From IMG/VR virus record IMGVR_UViG_3300010379_000002: 20,000 nucleotides of DNA. One strand, given 5' to 3'. A model generated the notes under the pieces. That model did not search any database and was not told the DNA's origin. It saw only the letters and a program-made list of their open reading frames with translations. Position 1 is the first letter of the stretch; every line of letters begins with the position of its first letter. Shown here piece by piece: positions 1 to 8,007 of the stretch. Source of the DNA: an uncultured virus (IMG/VR IMGVR_UViG_3300010379_000002). Taxonomy: Duplodnaviria > Heunggongvirae > Uroviricota > Caudoviricetes. A program made the position numbers and the translations under genes.

Positions 1-142
1 CCAGCAAGGGATGGTTGCTTTGCGAGCGGGCGTATCATGGCGAGCGCAGCGAGTTTTGGAAAGAGACGTGCCCGGATTGCCACGGCTCCGGGAAGAACTT
101 GCTTGGCGGAGCGGCTGACGCGACGGTGCAGGCTGCGGGGGC

Positions 143-171
143 TTGACAGGCAAAACGGACCGAACTAAGTT
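143..171 (+). promoter_or_regulatory. sigma70-like promoter
   Basis: TTGACA (143-148), 17-nt spacer, TAAGTT (166-171), intergenic. Confidence 0.6.
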
Positions 172-288
172 AGCCTGACACAAGGTTCGCTGCGATGATC
201 CAAGCACTCACTGCCCAGGAGGCTCGGCATGAAGAACTAACCCCACGTCTCATTGTAGATCAGAGCTATGTTGATGAACAGATGATAT

Positions 289-324
289 GGGCCGCTTCCC
301 GGACTTGGACCGGGGGCGGCCTTT
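289..324 (+). terminator. probable intrinsic terminator
   Basis: GGCCGCTTCCCGG...CCGGGGGCGGCC hairpin followed by TTT. Confidence 0.5.
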
Positions 325-328
325 GCTC

Positions 329-358
329 TTGACAAGACGCCCGCTGTCTGAGTAGTGT
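329..358 (+). promoter_or_regulatory. sigma70-like promoter
   Basis: TTGACA (329-334), 18-nt spacer, TAGTGT (353-358), upstream of the long + strand gene array. Confidence 0.55.
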
Positions 359-386
359 GCCCGCCGACAACCGAAGGGGAAGTCCC

Positions 387-905
387 ATGGAAAAGCGAAA
401 TGATTTTGGTCCCGCCGCGATTGTGTTCGCGCTCGGTCTCGCCATCGCCGCGATGTTGTGGGCAGTTAAGCCGTCGCACAGCGCCGAACTCGACGGCGGC
501 ACCGTGCTTAAGTATGCCATCGCTCTGCCCGGCGACGGCGGTACGAAGGTCGTCGCCACGGAGATACCGGCAAGACCGTGCGTCGGACCGACCTGTTTGC
601 TCCCCTGGAAGATCGGGATCGCGATGGGTCTCAAACCGGGACCCGATGAACCGCCGGTCTTGATGACATATGGCGTCGTTCAACAAGGCTTCGAGACAGA
701 AGCCGAGTGTCGAGGTAAGAAGGGTCTCGGCGATCCGCGCCTCAAGAAAATCAACTCCACATTCCAGGCGAAGATGTCACAGAAGCTCGGTTTGCCGCCG
801 GAGGCTATCGTCATCTTTATGGACTGCCTTGACTCGACCAAGATTCCCCCGCCCCCATCGAAGAAGCCCGAGCCGAAGTTGGCGCCGGGGGAGGAAAGAA
901 TTTAA
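387..905 (+). CDS. hypothetical secreted/membrane-anchored protein
   Basis: MEKRNDFGPAAIVFALGLAIAAMLWAVKPSHSA signal-peptide-like N-terminus; purine-rich RBS upstream. Confidence 0.7.
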   Translation: MEKRNDFGPAAIVFALGLAIAAMLWAVKPSHSAELDGGTVLKYAIALPGDGGTKVVATEIPARPCVGPTCLLPWKIGIAMGLKPGPDEPPVLMTYGVVQQGFETEAECRGKKGLGDPRLKKINSTFQAKMSQKLGLPPEAIVIFMDCLDSTKIPPPPSKKPEPKLAPGEERI

Positions 906-907
906 CC

Positions 908-1351
908 ATGTACGGACAGCGTTATCAAGGTGAGCCGTGTCGGCGCGGCCACTCAGGCGAACGCTACGTCAGTAACGATGGATGCGTTGATTGTGTGCTG
1001 CAATGGGCATCCGCTCGGCGTCGCACTAGAGGCGAGAAAGTTCGCCCTACGGGATCGGTCAATGAGCTACACCGCGAAGCTAAAGCGCGCCGAAAAGGAT
1101 ACGCGCCTCCGCCGCGTGAGGTAGATTGTCCGCCGCGTCCGGCAGATGGTAAGTGCCAAAGTTGCAAACGAGTGCGCCCGCTAGTGCTCGACCACGATCA
1201 TTTCACCGGAGCGTTTCGCGGCTGGACTTGTCGCCATTGCAACGTCGGGATTGGCGTGCTAGGTGATACCGTAGCGGACTTGCAGCGGGCACTCGCTTAC
1301 CTGCTACGCCACTATGCTCCTGAGTACGAAATAAGAACAGATACGCGATAG
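908..1351 (+). CDS. endonuclease VII-like HNH (His-Me finger) homing endonuclease
   Basis: CQSC...LVLDHDHFTGAFRGWTCRHCNVGIG...GD...LQRALAYL; N-terminal PCRRGHSGERYVSNDGCVDC Zn-like motif. Confidence 0.85.
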   Translation: MYGQRYQGEPCRRGHSGERYVSNDGCVDCVLQWASARRRTRGEKVRPTGSVNELHREAKARRKGYAPPPREVDCPPRPADGKCQSCKRVRPLVLDHDHFTGAFRGWTCRHCNVGIGVLGDTVADLQRALAYLLRHYAPEYEIRTDTR

Positions 1352-1353
1352 TT

Positions 1354-1542
1354 ATGGTTCAGGTACGCAAAAGTTCGAAATTGAAGCCCGGTCCGCGTCA
1401 CCGCAGCGCCGAAGCGAAGGCGCTCGCCTTGAAGCACTTTCGTCAGCGCAAGTTGCCGAATAAGAAGCGGGACGTGGCTCAAAGCCTACAACATCCCGAC
1501 GATTGGGATTGGTATCCAGACGAGGGCGATCATGGTTGTTGA
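1354..1542 (+). CDS. small basic protein, weak ArfA-like motif
   Basis: AKALALKHFRQRKLPNKK resembles the ArfA FRQRxxxNKK segment; acidic tail. Confidence 0.5.
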   Translation: MVQVRKSSKLKPGPRHRSAEAKALALKHFRQRKLPNKKRDVAQSLQHPDDWDWYPDEGDHGC

Positions 1543-1702
1543 GCGGCTCACCGATTCTCGATACCGCGAACTCGTGTTACTTAGGGACAACATCCCCGCC
1601 GACTTGCTATGGGCGTGGCGGAATTGTTGTTGGAGTTCCGCATGTCAGAGCGGCAAAGCCAAAACCTGTCAACGCTGTTGGGAGAAGCGCGATGGCTGTT
1701 GA
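1532..1702 (+). CDS. small Cys-rich hypothetical protein (56 aa)
   Basis: Read manually: MVVERLTDSRY...CCWSSACQSGKAKTCQRCWEKRDGC; overlaps both neighbours. Confidence 0.5.
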   Translation: MVVERLTDSRYRELVLLRDNIPADLLWAWRNCCWSSACQSGKAKTCQRCWEKRDGC

Positions 1703-2165
1703 AGGTTTCGCGACGCCCGGCGGCGCCAAAGAGACGATGGTCGCCAACATTTCAACCACAACGCGCTTCCCTGTGGAGCGCGCCGACAACGCAACGAGGC
1801 CCCCAATGACCCGCGAACCGTGGGATGAGGACGACGAGCCGGCACCCCCGCCGCCTCCGCCGCCCGCTCCTGTTACTATCTCGAAAGCCCGCACCCCCTT
1901 GCGCGATGCGCTTGAGGCACAACTCGCTGCGAAGCGAGCGCAGAGTCCAGGAGGCGGCACCGGAGGCGCGCCGCGTGGCAATCCCGCTGTCTCGCACACA
2001 CCGAGCGCGATGCGAATGCAACTTGAAGCGGAGCTTATGCGGCGACAGGGCGGCGCCCCGCCTATGAGACCGCGTGTCATCCACGCAGGCGGCGGTGGCG
2101 GTTACGATCCGCCAGAGGGTGTTGGCTCCGGCGCGCCTCCGCCCGGCGGCGTGAAAGTGCGATGA
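1692..2165 (+). CDS. Pro/Gly-rich low-complexity hypothetical protein
   Basis: GGAG RBS at 1681, ATG 1692; poly-Pro tract; LRDALEAQL and MRMQLEAEL helical repeats. Confidence 0.65.
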   Translation: MAVEGFATPGGAKETMVANISTTTRFPVERADNATRPPMTREPWDEDDEPAPPPPPPPAPVTISKARTPLRDALEAQLAAKRAQSPGGGTGGAPRGNPAVSHTPSAMRMQLEAELMRRQGGAPPMRPRVIHAGGGGGYDPPEGVGSGAPPPGGVKVR

Positions 2166-2359
2166 TCCACGAGGATGTGGTCACTTTGCTCGACACTCTT
2201 GCGTTTGGGGTCGTCGTCAGCATGGCTGTGTATCGCTCGATTGACGCTGTTTGGATCGGCGACTGGATCGGCATCTGGCGCGTGCTCGAAGTTCTTGTAG
2301 CTTTCGTCGTAGCCATCGTAGGCGCAAATCTCATAGGACAACATCTATGGGCGGGTTAA
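2162..2359 (+). CDS. small two-TM membrane protein
   Basis: ATGA overlap; two hydrophobic segments. Confidence 0.6.
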   Translation: MIHEDVVTLLDTLAFGVVVSMAVYRSIDAVWIGDWIGIWRVLEVLVAFVVAIVGANLIGQHLWAG

Positions 2360-2775
2360 GTCGGCGCAGTCTGTTCGCGGGATTGTTTACGGCGCCAGTC
2401 GCTATTGCAGCCGGGATGCCGCTCGGCATGTGGGAGCGGTTTCGGACGTATTGTGTTGGGTTCAGTGGGATCGTCCCTGTCGTCAACATGACGGTCGAGA
2501 ACACGGGGGAGTCTGCCTATGCAGCGCACAAGCGGCAATATCCATTTGGTGCGTACAAGACGGCGCGGGGTCAAACTATCGGTCGAGCCAGACACGCGGC
2601 GCTCAACCACGAACTCATGCAAGAGTACGGTTTGCCTGAGTTTCGAGACCTGAGCGCGTGGTCCAGGAACGTGCTTGAACAGGGGCGGGTATGTACGTGT
2701 TCCCGTCCGAACAGTCCTACGGCGAGCGTGTCGCACGGGAGTATTACGGATGGCAATAGTAGGCGATCTGATTAG
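2347..2775 (+). CDS. hypothetical protein with Tat-like N-terminus
   Basis: MGGLSRRSLFAGLFTAPVAIAAG. Confidence 0.55.
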   Translation: MGGLSRRSLFAGLFTAPVAIAAGMPLGMWERFRTYCVGFSGIVPVVNMTVENTGESAYAAHKRQYPFGAYKTARGQTIGRARHAALNHELMQEYGLPEFRDLSAWSRNVLEQGRVCTCSRPNSPTASVSHGSITDGNSRRSD

Positions 2776-2998
2776 TGCAATCGAAACGCTCCGAACAAGG
2801 GTGGTCGATCAAGACTCTCCGCGTCTTTATATGAACGATGCCGAGTACGTGTACTTCAAAGCGCACGAGTGGATTGACTTTGGAATCGGCATCGAGAAGC
2901 GCCGATTCACGAATGCGCAATGCTGTGCGGATACCGGCATTCCGGCGCATGTCGAAGTTCTTGTAACTCCGCCGACGTATCCAGGAGCGGCAACATGA
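2750..2998 (+). CDS. hypothetical protein
   Basis: GGAG RBS at 2738, ATG 2750, ATGA-coupled to next gene. Confidence 0.6.
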   Translation: MAIVGDLISAIETLRTRVVDQDSPRLYMNDAEYVYFKAHEWIDFGIGIEKRRFTNAQCCADTGIPAHVEVLVTPPTYPGAAT

Positions 2999-3156
2999 TC
3001 GAGGAAGCACTTTACTGTCTCGTCCGCATCGCCTTCGATCTGACGCGCCCGCTGTTAGCGGCGGAGCATCGCTGGAACCGGAACACGTGCGACGCGGTGC
3101 ACAATCTTGACATCGCACTCTTGGAGTTGGAGCACGCACATGGGCGACGTGGTTGA
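2995..3156 (+). CDS. hypothetical protein
   Basis: ATGA overlap, GGAG upstream. Confidence 0.5.
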   Translation: MIEEALYCLVRIAFDLTRPLLAAEHRWNRNTCDAVHNLDIALLELEHAHGRRG

Positions 3157-3559
3157 GTTCAAGAGGCCGAGCAAGCCGAGGACCCCGAGCAAGTTCGACG
3201 AGCTTTTTGGTTTCGCCGACCTGCCAGACGAGGACTACGAACAAATCCAAAAGACGCTGCAAGTGATCTTTGCCATGAGTGAGGACGAGGAATCTGTGAA
3301 TGTGATCCCGTTCCCGACGCGCCGCGACTTGGCTGAGGATGCGGCGGTTGAACTCGTCCGGATGATCGCCGACCGGCACGTCGCGGCTGGACTGCGACCG
3401 ACGCACGCGCTTAAGCGGATCAATCCAAAGGGCGAACCATTCATCGGTCGGTGCATTCTGTGCGGGCGCTCCGGCTTCACGGCAGAGGACGCACACAAGG
3501 ACTGCACCTATGGACGACCTGAAAACAGCCCTGAAAATCCTGTGGGACGGCGCGCGTAA
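3140..3559 (+). CDS. hypothetical protein with C-terminal CxxC
   Basis: GGAG RBS; MGDVVEFKRP...GRCILCG...DC. Confidence 0.65.
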   Translation: MGDVVEFKRPSKPRTPSKFDELFGFADLPDEDYEQIQKTLQVIFAMSEDEESVNVIPFPTRRDLAEDAAVELVRMIADRHVAAGLRPTHALKRINPKGEPFIGRCILCGRSGFTAEDAHKDCTYGRPENSPENPVGRRA

Positions 3560-3578
3560 GGATCCGATCAACGGCGCG

Positions 3579-3680
3579 ATGCTCCCGCTCATTGGCGTCG
3601 CCATTCTACTTTGGCTTTGGTGTCTGGGGTGGTTGACTTGGGATGTGATCCATGTGCTCGTATGCCATGATCTGTGCTGA
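3579..3680 (+). CDS. tiny hydrophobic protein (33 aa)
   Basis: MLPLIGVAILLWLWCLGWLTW...; fills the gap in the array. Confidence 0.35.
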   Translation: MLPLIGVAILLWLWCLGWLTWDVIHVLVCHDLC

Positions 3681-3855
3681 GCGCGCCTACACGATGCGCC
3701 TTAACGGCTTCACGTCGTCACTACGGTATACGTTCCCGGAGTGTGTTGCATTCATGCGGCGGATGCCGTACAAGCCAAAATCAAACTACAACGAAAAGGT
3801 CAAGATCGAAGTCTTGTTTGACGACGTGGTGATTTATACCGACATCCGATCATGA
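3667..3855 (+). CDS. hypothetical protein (start uncertain)
   Basis: ORF track; ATGA-coupled to next gene. Confidence 0.5.
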   Translation: MICAERAYTMRLNGFTSSLRYTFPECVAFMRRMPYKPKSNYNEKVKIEVLFDDVVIYTDIRS

Positions 3856-4049
3856 CGATAGACGAGGACATTGAGCGTCTCGAAGGTCCGCGCTGGTTGG
3901 TACTGGCACTACAAAGCGCCGAGACGAAGATGTGGAAACGCTCGTACCTGATGGCGCTCTACGCGCTCAACGTGGTACGGAGCCGCGCGCCTAAGCCGCA
4001 GCCCATGACGTTTTTCTACGACCCGCCGGGCAGTGAGTGGCGCGGCTGA
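3852..4049 (+). CDS. hypothetical protein
   Basis: ATGA overlap. Confidence 0.55.
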   Translation: MTIDEDIERLEGPRWLVLALQSAETKMWKRSYLMALYALNVVRSRAPKPQPMTFFYDPPGSEWRG

Positions 4050-4278
4050 TATGGTTAAGCGCGTCACGAAGTACCGGCGATACGTTCCCGCATATCGGAA
4101 AGACCTGCGCTGGCGAGCGACAACATGCAACCCGGCTTGGATTTTCGCGTTCCTCGAAGCGCGTGACCGGCTCCTTCGTTATAACTATCTCAGCAAAGTA
4201 GATATAACTGGTTTCGGCGGCTGGAAGGTTAACAGGGTGAGCCGGGCCGAGCTTGACAGGTTCTTTTCAGACGAGTAG
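4033..4278 (+). CDS. hypothetical basic protein (start uncertain)
   Basis: ORF track, fits the array. Confidence 0.5.
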   Translation: MSGAADMVKRVTKYRRYVPAYRKDLRWRATTCNPAWIFAFLEARDRLLRYNYLSKVDITGFGGWKVNRVSRAELDRFFSDE

Positions 4279-4318
4279 ACATCGCCGCACGTCAAACCCC
4301 TACGAGGAGAAGTCCCCT

Positions 4319-4441
4319 ATGACGATCTTACGATTGGTTGCATCCATTGTCGCCATCACGGCGGTCCTTACGTCGGGGCTGATGCAGTTCGTCGAGTCAC
4401 TTGCAAAGTCCGCGCCCGCAGCGATGGGAGGGCTTAAGTGA
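4319..4441 (+). CDS. small membrane protein
   Basis: AGGAG RBS; MTILRLVASIVAITAVLTSGL. Confidence 0.5.
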   Translation: MTILRLVASIVAITAVLTSGLMQFVESLAKSAPAAMGGLK

Positions 4442-4566
4442 CCCTCCCCACCGAACCGGGTGAGCGACTTGCCGCCGAGGAATACGAAATCATCAAAATG
4501 GTGATCGTGACTCTCGGCGTGGGAGCCGCCCTCGTGTTCTTGCTTGGCGGTCTCGGTCTGCTATGA
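4438..4566 (+). CDS. small membrane protein (42 aa)
   Basis: GGAGG RBS, GTGA overlap; hydrophobic C-terminus VIVTLGVGAALVFLLGGLGLL. Confidence 0.5.
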   Translation: MTLPTEPGERLAAEEYEIIKMVIVTLGVGAALVFLLGGLGLL

Positions 4567-5075
4567 AAACGGGGCGCACGCGCACCAAGCGTGCGCCTTC
4601 CCTTACCTGTTACGACTTGTACTCGGCATACGCCGATGTGCTCACGAGGAAAACGAAGATGCGTCTCATTGATTTCGTAGGTCCAGACAAAGGCTGGAAG
4701 CCGCGCTGGAATAAGCGCGTCGGCACGTACTGTTCGCCGCGCTGCGGCGCTGGCTGCACTAGAGCCGCTTGGCGGGAGGCATTTCAGGCTGGTAAGGCGC
4801 TCGCAGAGAAGATGGGCACCGGCTGGAAGTGGGTCGTTTGGGAAAACCTTGGCTGGCACTACAAAGCCGTCAAGGGCGTCGTCGAAATCTATCCGAATAT
4901 ACGGCACAAGAATCATCAGTTGAAGATCATCGGGTATACCTGCTTCATCAACAGCGCGCACCAATACATCGGAGACGGAAAATCGGCAAGCCTCGCGCTC
5001 GCGCGGGCGCTGTTGGGCGCGACCCGCGCCACCGACAAGATCATGAGTGACATAGGAGCGGCGGGAAATGGCTAA
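4563..5075 (+). CDS. phage hypothetical protein (alternative start 4659)
   Basis: YCSPRCGAGCT...WENLGWHY motif; GAGGA RBS before ATG 4659. Confidence 0.7.
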   Translation: MKTGRTRTKRAPSLTCYDLYSAYADVLTRKTKMRLIDFVGPDKGWKPRWNKRVGTYCSPRCGAGCTRAAWREAFQAGKALAEKMGTGWKWVVWENLGWHYKAVKGVVEIYPNIRHKNHQLKIIGYTCFINSAHQYIGDGKSASLALARALLGATRATDKIMSDIGAAGNG

Positions 5076-5562
5076 GATGCCGGAGCCGATCAAGACGAAA
5101 TCCGGCCGCACAATTCTGCCGGCGCCGCGTATGGAAAGCGAGACAGTGAGTCCGGCGAAGCGTCGCAAGCAATGGGGCACAGCATTTGCGGACACCGAGG
5201 CACGTGAACAGGTCGTTCGGCAGCGGACGCTCGCACAGCGTTGCATGATTCATGCCGACAAGATGCAAGGCGAAGGGTGGTACGTGACCGCGAATGTGCT
5301 GGCGGCTGCGGCGGAGGCGCTCGACGCCGCCGATACGCTGCGCAAGACTTTGCCGAGCCACTGGCACGATGATGCGGTTACGAACTTCGACGATGCGGTA
5401 AGTCCGCCCGGCATCGACGCGGGGACTGGTCTGCCCGGCGTTGGTTACCCGGCAAATCTTATCGACATGGAGACGCACTCTAAAGGTCGATCCGCGTGCA
5501 CGCCACAGCGACGGCGAAGTGCCGGGGCAAATCGCGGTCGGCGACTATCAGGTTCGTTTTAG
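5068..5562 (+). CDS. hypothetical protein
   Basis: AGGAG RBS, overlap with upstream gene. Confidence 0.6.
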   Translation: MAKMPEPIKTKSGRTILPAPRMESETVSPAKRRKQWGTAFADTEAREQVVRQRTLAQRCMIHADKMQGEGWYVTANVLAAAAEALDAADTLRKTLPSHWHDDAVTNFDDAVSPPGIDAGTGLPGVGYPANLIDMETHSKGRSACTPQRRRSAGANRGRRLSGSF

Positions 5563-5797
5563 TGAAAAAACCGCGCGGAAGGGACGGGAGGAGGGTTCCT
5601 GGGGTATTTATCTGCGAGACTACAACGTCCGGCTCGCTTTATTCGCCGAAAACAGTGCCAGCCTCCGCCGTGCATTGACCAAGATGTTCGATGCGGCTCA
5701 TGCGGCGAAGAAATCCGGGAGCGGGATACGTGGCATTATAGCGCGCTCGGAGGCATACTCTCCGCCGCGCCACAAGTCCGGGAGGATCAAGGATTGA
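5441..5797 (+). CDS. hypothetical protein (start uncertain)
   Basis: ORF track; the 3' part fills the gap before 5794. Confidence 0.45.
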   Translation: MVTRQILSTWRRTLKVDPRARHSDGEVPGQIAVGDYQVRFSEKTARKGREEGSWGIYLRDYNVRLALFAENSASLRRALTKMFDAAHAAKKSGSGIRGIIARSEAYSPPRHKSGRIKD

Positions 5798-5982
5798 GCG
5801 CAGCCCTTCGGTCGAGACGAATAGCGAACGAAAAAGCCGCGCGCGAGCGAGCGCGCGAGCGAGTACATATTCCGGAAAACCGCGTGTTGGATCGAAACTA
5901 TGTGATCCCGCTCGGCTTGCAATGCAAGTTGGTCTCGATTATAGTTCATATCGAGGAAGGCGGCACGGCTGACGGTAGTGAG

Positions 5983-6602
5983 CATGCTTATCCGGTTTAG
6001 ACATGCAGGAGCTAGATGTTGATGACTGATAAAATTGACGACGAAATGCGCAAGCGGCTGGCTGCCATACTTGAGGCTGGCATATCTGATGATACCATGA
6101 AGGCCATCAATAAGCAGGTCGAGCATATCCGGTGTGACATCGAGGATGATGTGATGTACCGGCTAAAGGACGATCTCGCCCCAAACCTCGCCGCTTTTGC
6201 TGCCGATATGGCACAGCGCGCCGTCGAAATGTTGCTTGAGGGTAATGACGATCAAATGCGGCGCTACCTGTCCTGCGAAAAGCGCGGCGAGGATGGTCAA
6301 TATATTGGGTGGACCGGGCGCTATGATCCAAAAGCATGGGGTGCGCGGCGGGATATTTCCGAACAGCACCCAATCATTCATGGCAAACTATTCGAGCAGG
6401 GGTGCGTTGCGCTGCGCAAGCGGATTGTGGACGCCCACCGCGAGTTGCTGGCAAACGAGCGCATTCTTGATCTTGAAGATCAGGTTAAATCACTGGTCGC
6501 CCAAGTGAACAAGGCTAACGCCGAGAAAGAAAGAATGTGGGAGCGTCTTGGTCATCTTGAAACGCGGGGATAGTAGTTGCATGTCTAAACCGGATAAGCA
6601 TG
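5983..6602. mobile_element. non-autonomous gene cassette 1 (620 bp)
   Basis: Perfect 25-bp TIR CATGCTTATCCGGTTTAGACATGCA (5983-6007 / 6578-6602); 8-bp direct repeat GTAGTGAG (5975-5982 / 6603-6610). Confidence 0.92.
6016..6573 (+). CDS. cassette 1 cargo, helical/coiled-coil hypothetical protein
   Basis: AGGAG RBS at 6007-6011; 185 aa; fills the element; no transposase motif recognised. Confidence 0.8.
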   Translation: MLMTDKIDDEMRKRLAAILEAGISDDTMKAINKQVEHIRCDIEDDVMYRLKDDLAPNLAAFAADMAQRAVEMLLEGNDDQMRRYLSCEKRGEDGQYIGWTGRYDPKAWGARRDISEQHPIIHGKLFEQGCVALRKRIVDAHRELLANERILDLEDQVKSLVAQVNKANAEKERMWERLGHLETRG

Positions 6603-6789
6603 GTAGTGAGGGCGGGCACCCGTTCGATTGGATCGCCCTTCGCGGGCTGCTCGCCGATCCCGAAGTTCGAGCCTGGGTTGCCGAAATGACTCGGCTCGGG
6701 TTCGCGCCAGTGAAACGCGAACGGGATCGGAGAATCGCAGACGCTTGGCGAGAGCACGATCAGAAAGTCGCAAAGGCTCGGAGGAAGTG

Positions 6790-7110
6790 ATGACTCAGGA
6801 ACAACTCGTGACAGAGGCCGACGAGGCGGACGACGATGCTTTCGATACCATGATGTCGGCGCTCGACGTGTTTTTCCATGTTGCCAAGTGCCCGAACCAC
6901 TCGAAAGAGGAACGGCAAGAGGCACTCAAAGAAGCGGCGGATGCTTTCGCAGCCTACGTCGGCTATGACCCGCTCACCGGACCGGAAAATGGGACGGAAG
7001 CTGCGGCGAGAGAAGTTGTCGCAGACCTTATCGAGAAATATGTACCGAAGGACGTAGTGCCGGACGGAATTCCGGTGCCAAACGCTCCGACCAGCAACAA
7101 GGTGCATTGA
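6790..7110 (+). CDS. acidic hypothetical protein
   Basis: GGAGG RBS, TGATG overlap. Confidence 0.65.
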   Translation: MTQEQLVTEADEADDDAFDTMMSALDVFFHVAKCPNHSKEERQEALKEAADAFAAYVGYDPLTGPENGTEAAAREVVADLIEKYVPKDVVPDGIPVPNAPTSNKVH

Positions 7111-7544
7111 TGTCATACACTCGGGCCGAAGCAGTCAAGATCATTAACGCCTACAACACCCTGCGCACATGGGCTTTGGAGATTGTCAGCGATGTGCCAT
7201 ATACGGCGTCGGTTGAGTATACCGACAACCCGTCTATCAGCATCAGCGGCGACGAAGTGATCCTGTTTTGGAAGGAATACGACTCGGACTATTACGGCAG
7301 CGGCTCTTTGGAGGAAAACGAAGCAAGATTCCCGGTCGCCGCCCTGGTATTCAATGCCAAAGAATTACGGGCTACGCGGGAGAAAGTGAAGGCGAAGGAG
7401 GCGGAGCGCCAGAAGAAAGTCCGCGCCGCCGAGCGGGCGGTCGAAAAGGATCGGCAAGACGCACGCGACCGCACCGAGTTCATCCGGCTCACCAACAAGT
7501 TTAAGCACGGGATCGAGTTCCCGGAAGGTGACACGAGGAGCTAA
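7110..7544 (+). CDS. hypothetical protein with C-terminal charged helix
   Basis: TGATG overlap. Confidence 0.7.
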   Translation: MSYTRAEAVKIINAYNTLRTWALEIVSDVPYTASVEYTDNPSISISGDEVILFWKEYDSDYYGSGSLEENEARFPVAALVFNAKELRATREKVKAKEAERQKKVRAAERAVEKDRQDARDRTEFIRLTNKFKHGIEFPEGDTRS

Positions 7545-7575
7545 GACAGCGGTACATCTACCCCAGGAAACAGTG

Positions 7576-7755
7576 ATGTTGAAAAAGCCACCGAACATGA
7601 GCGACGAGGATTTCGGCCGCTTCCTCGCCGACTGCGCACTCGGTCCGCTCAGTGGACCGATGGAGTTTGACCGGGGCAATGTTATCATCCTGTTAGCCGC
7701 AGCCGTGATAATCGGTGGGATCATCGTGGCGCATCTGTTAGGGTATATTTCATGA
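7576..7755 (+). CDS. small membrane protein
   Basis: AGGA RBS; C-terminal TM VIILLAAAVIIGGIIVAHLLG. Confidence 0.55.
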   Translation: MLKKPPNMSDEDFGRFLADCALGPLSGPMEFDRGNVIILLAAAVIIGGIIVAHLLGYIS

Positions 7756-8000
7756 CCCCTGTCCGCGTAATTGGCTATGATCCCGACACGAAGAAGCACT
7801 GGCAGGCGTTTCGTGGCGAGCGTAACAGCAAGGTATGGGCGTGGGTCGAGATTGCCCATGCCGACATCATGGATCACCCCGACACGGCGGGCGATATAGT
7901 TTTCGTGTTCCCGAAAGGCGGCGCGAAGGCTGCGCCGAAAAGTCCTCCGGCTGCTATGAAGATGGGACCACCTGTGCCAGCTATCGTAACCGAGGTATAA
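7752..8000 (+). CDS. hypothetical protein
   Basis: ATGA overlap. Confidence 0.6.
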   Translation: MTPVRVIGYDPDTKKHWQAFRGERNSKVWAWVEIAHADIMDHPDTAGDIVFVFPKGGAKAAPKSPPAAMKMGPPVPAIVTEV

Positions 8001-8007
8001 AATGAGA

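Larger units (their letters stand above)
5794..6790 (+). pseudogene. phage gene split by cassette 1 (5794-5982 + 6611-6790, 122 aa when rejoined)
   Basis: Removing 5983-6610 gives in-frame ...LVSIIVHIEEGGTADGSE|GGHPFDWIALRGLLADPEVRAWV... Confidence 0.8.

Noticed and set aside
2744..5246. Long minus-strand ORFs (2744-3604, 4434-5246 and similar ones elsewhere)
   Set aside because: Antisense shadows of coupled + strand genes in GC-rich DNA, with no recognisable motifs.
5441..5562. Programmed frameshift between ORFs 5068 and 5441
   Set aside because: The long overlap is explained equally well by an uncertain start codon; no convincing slippery site was identified.
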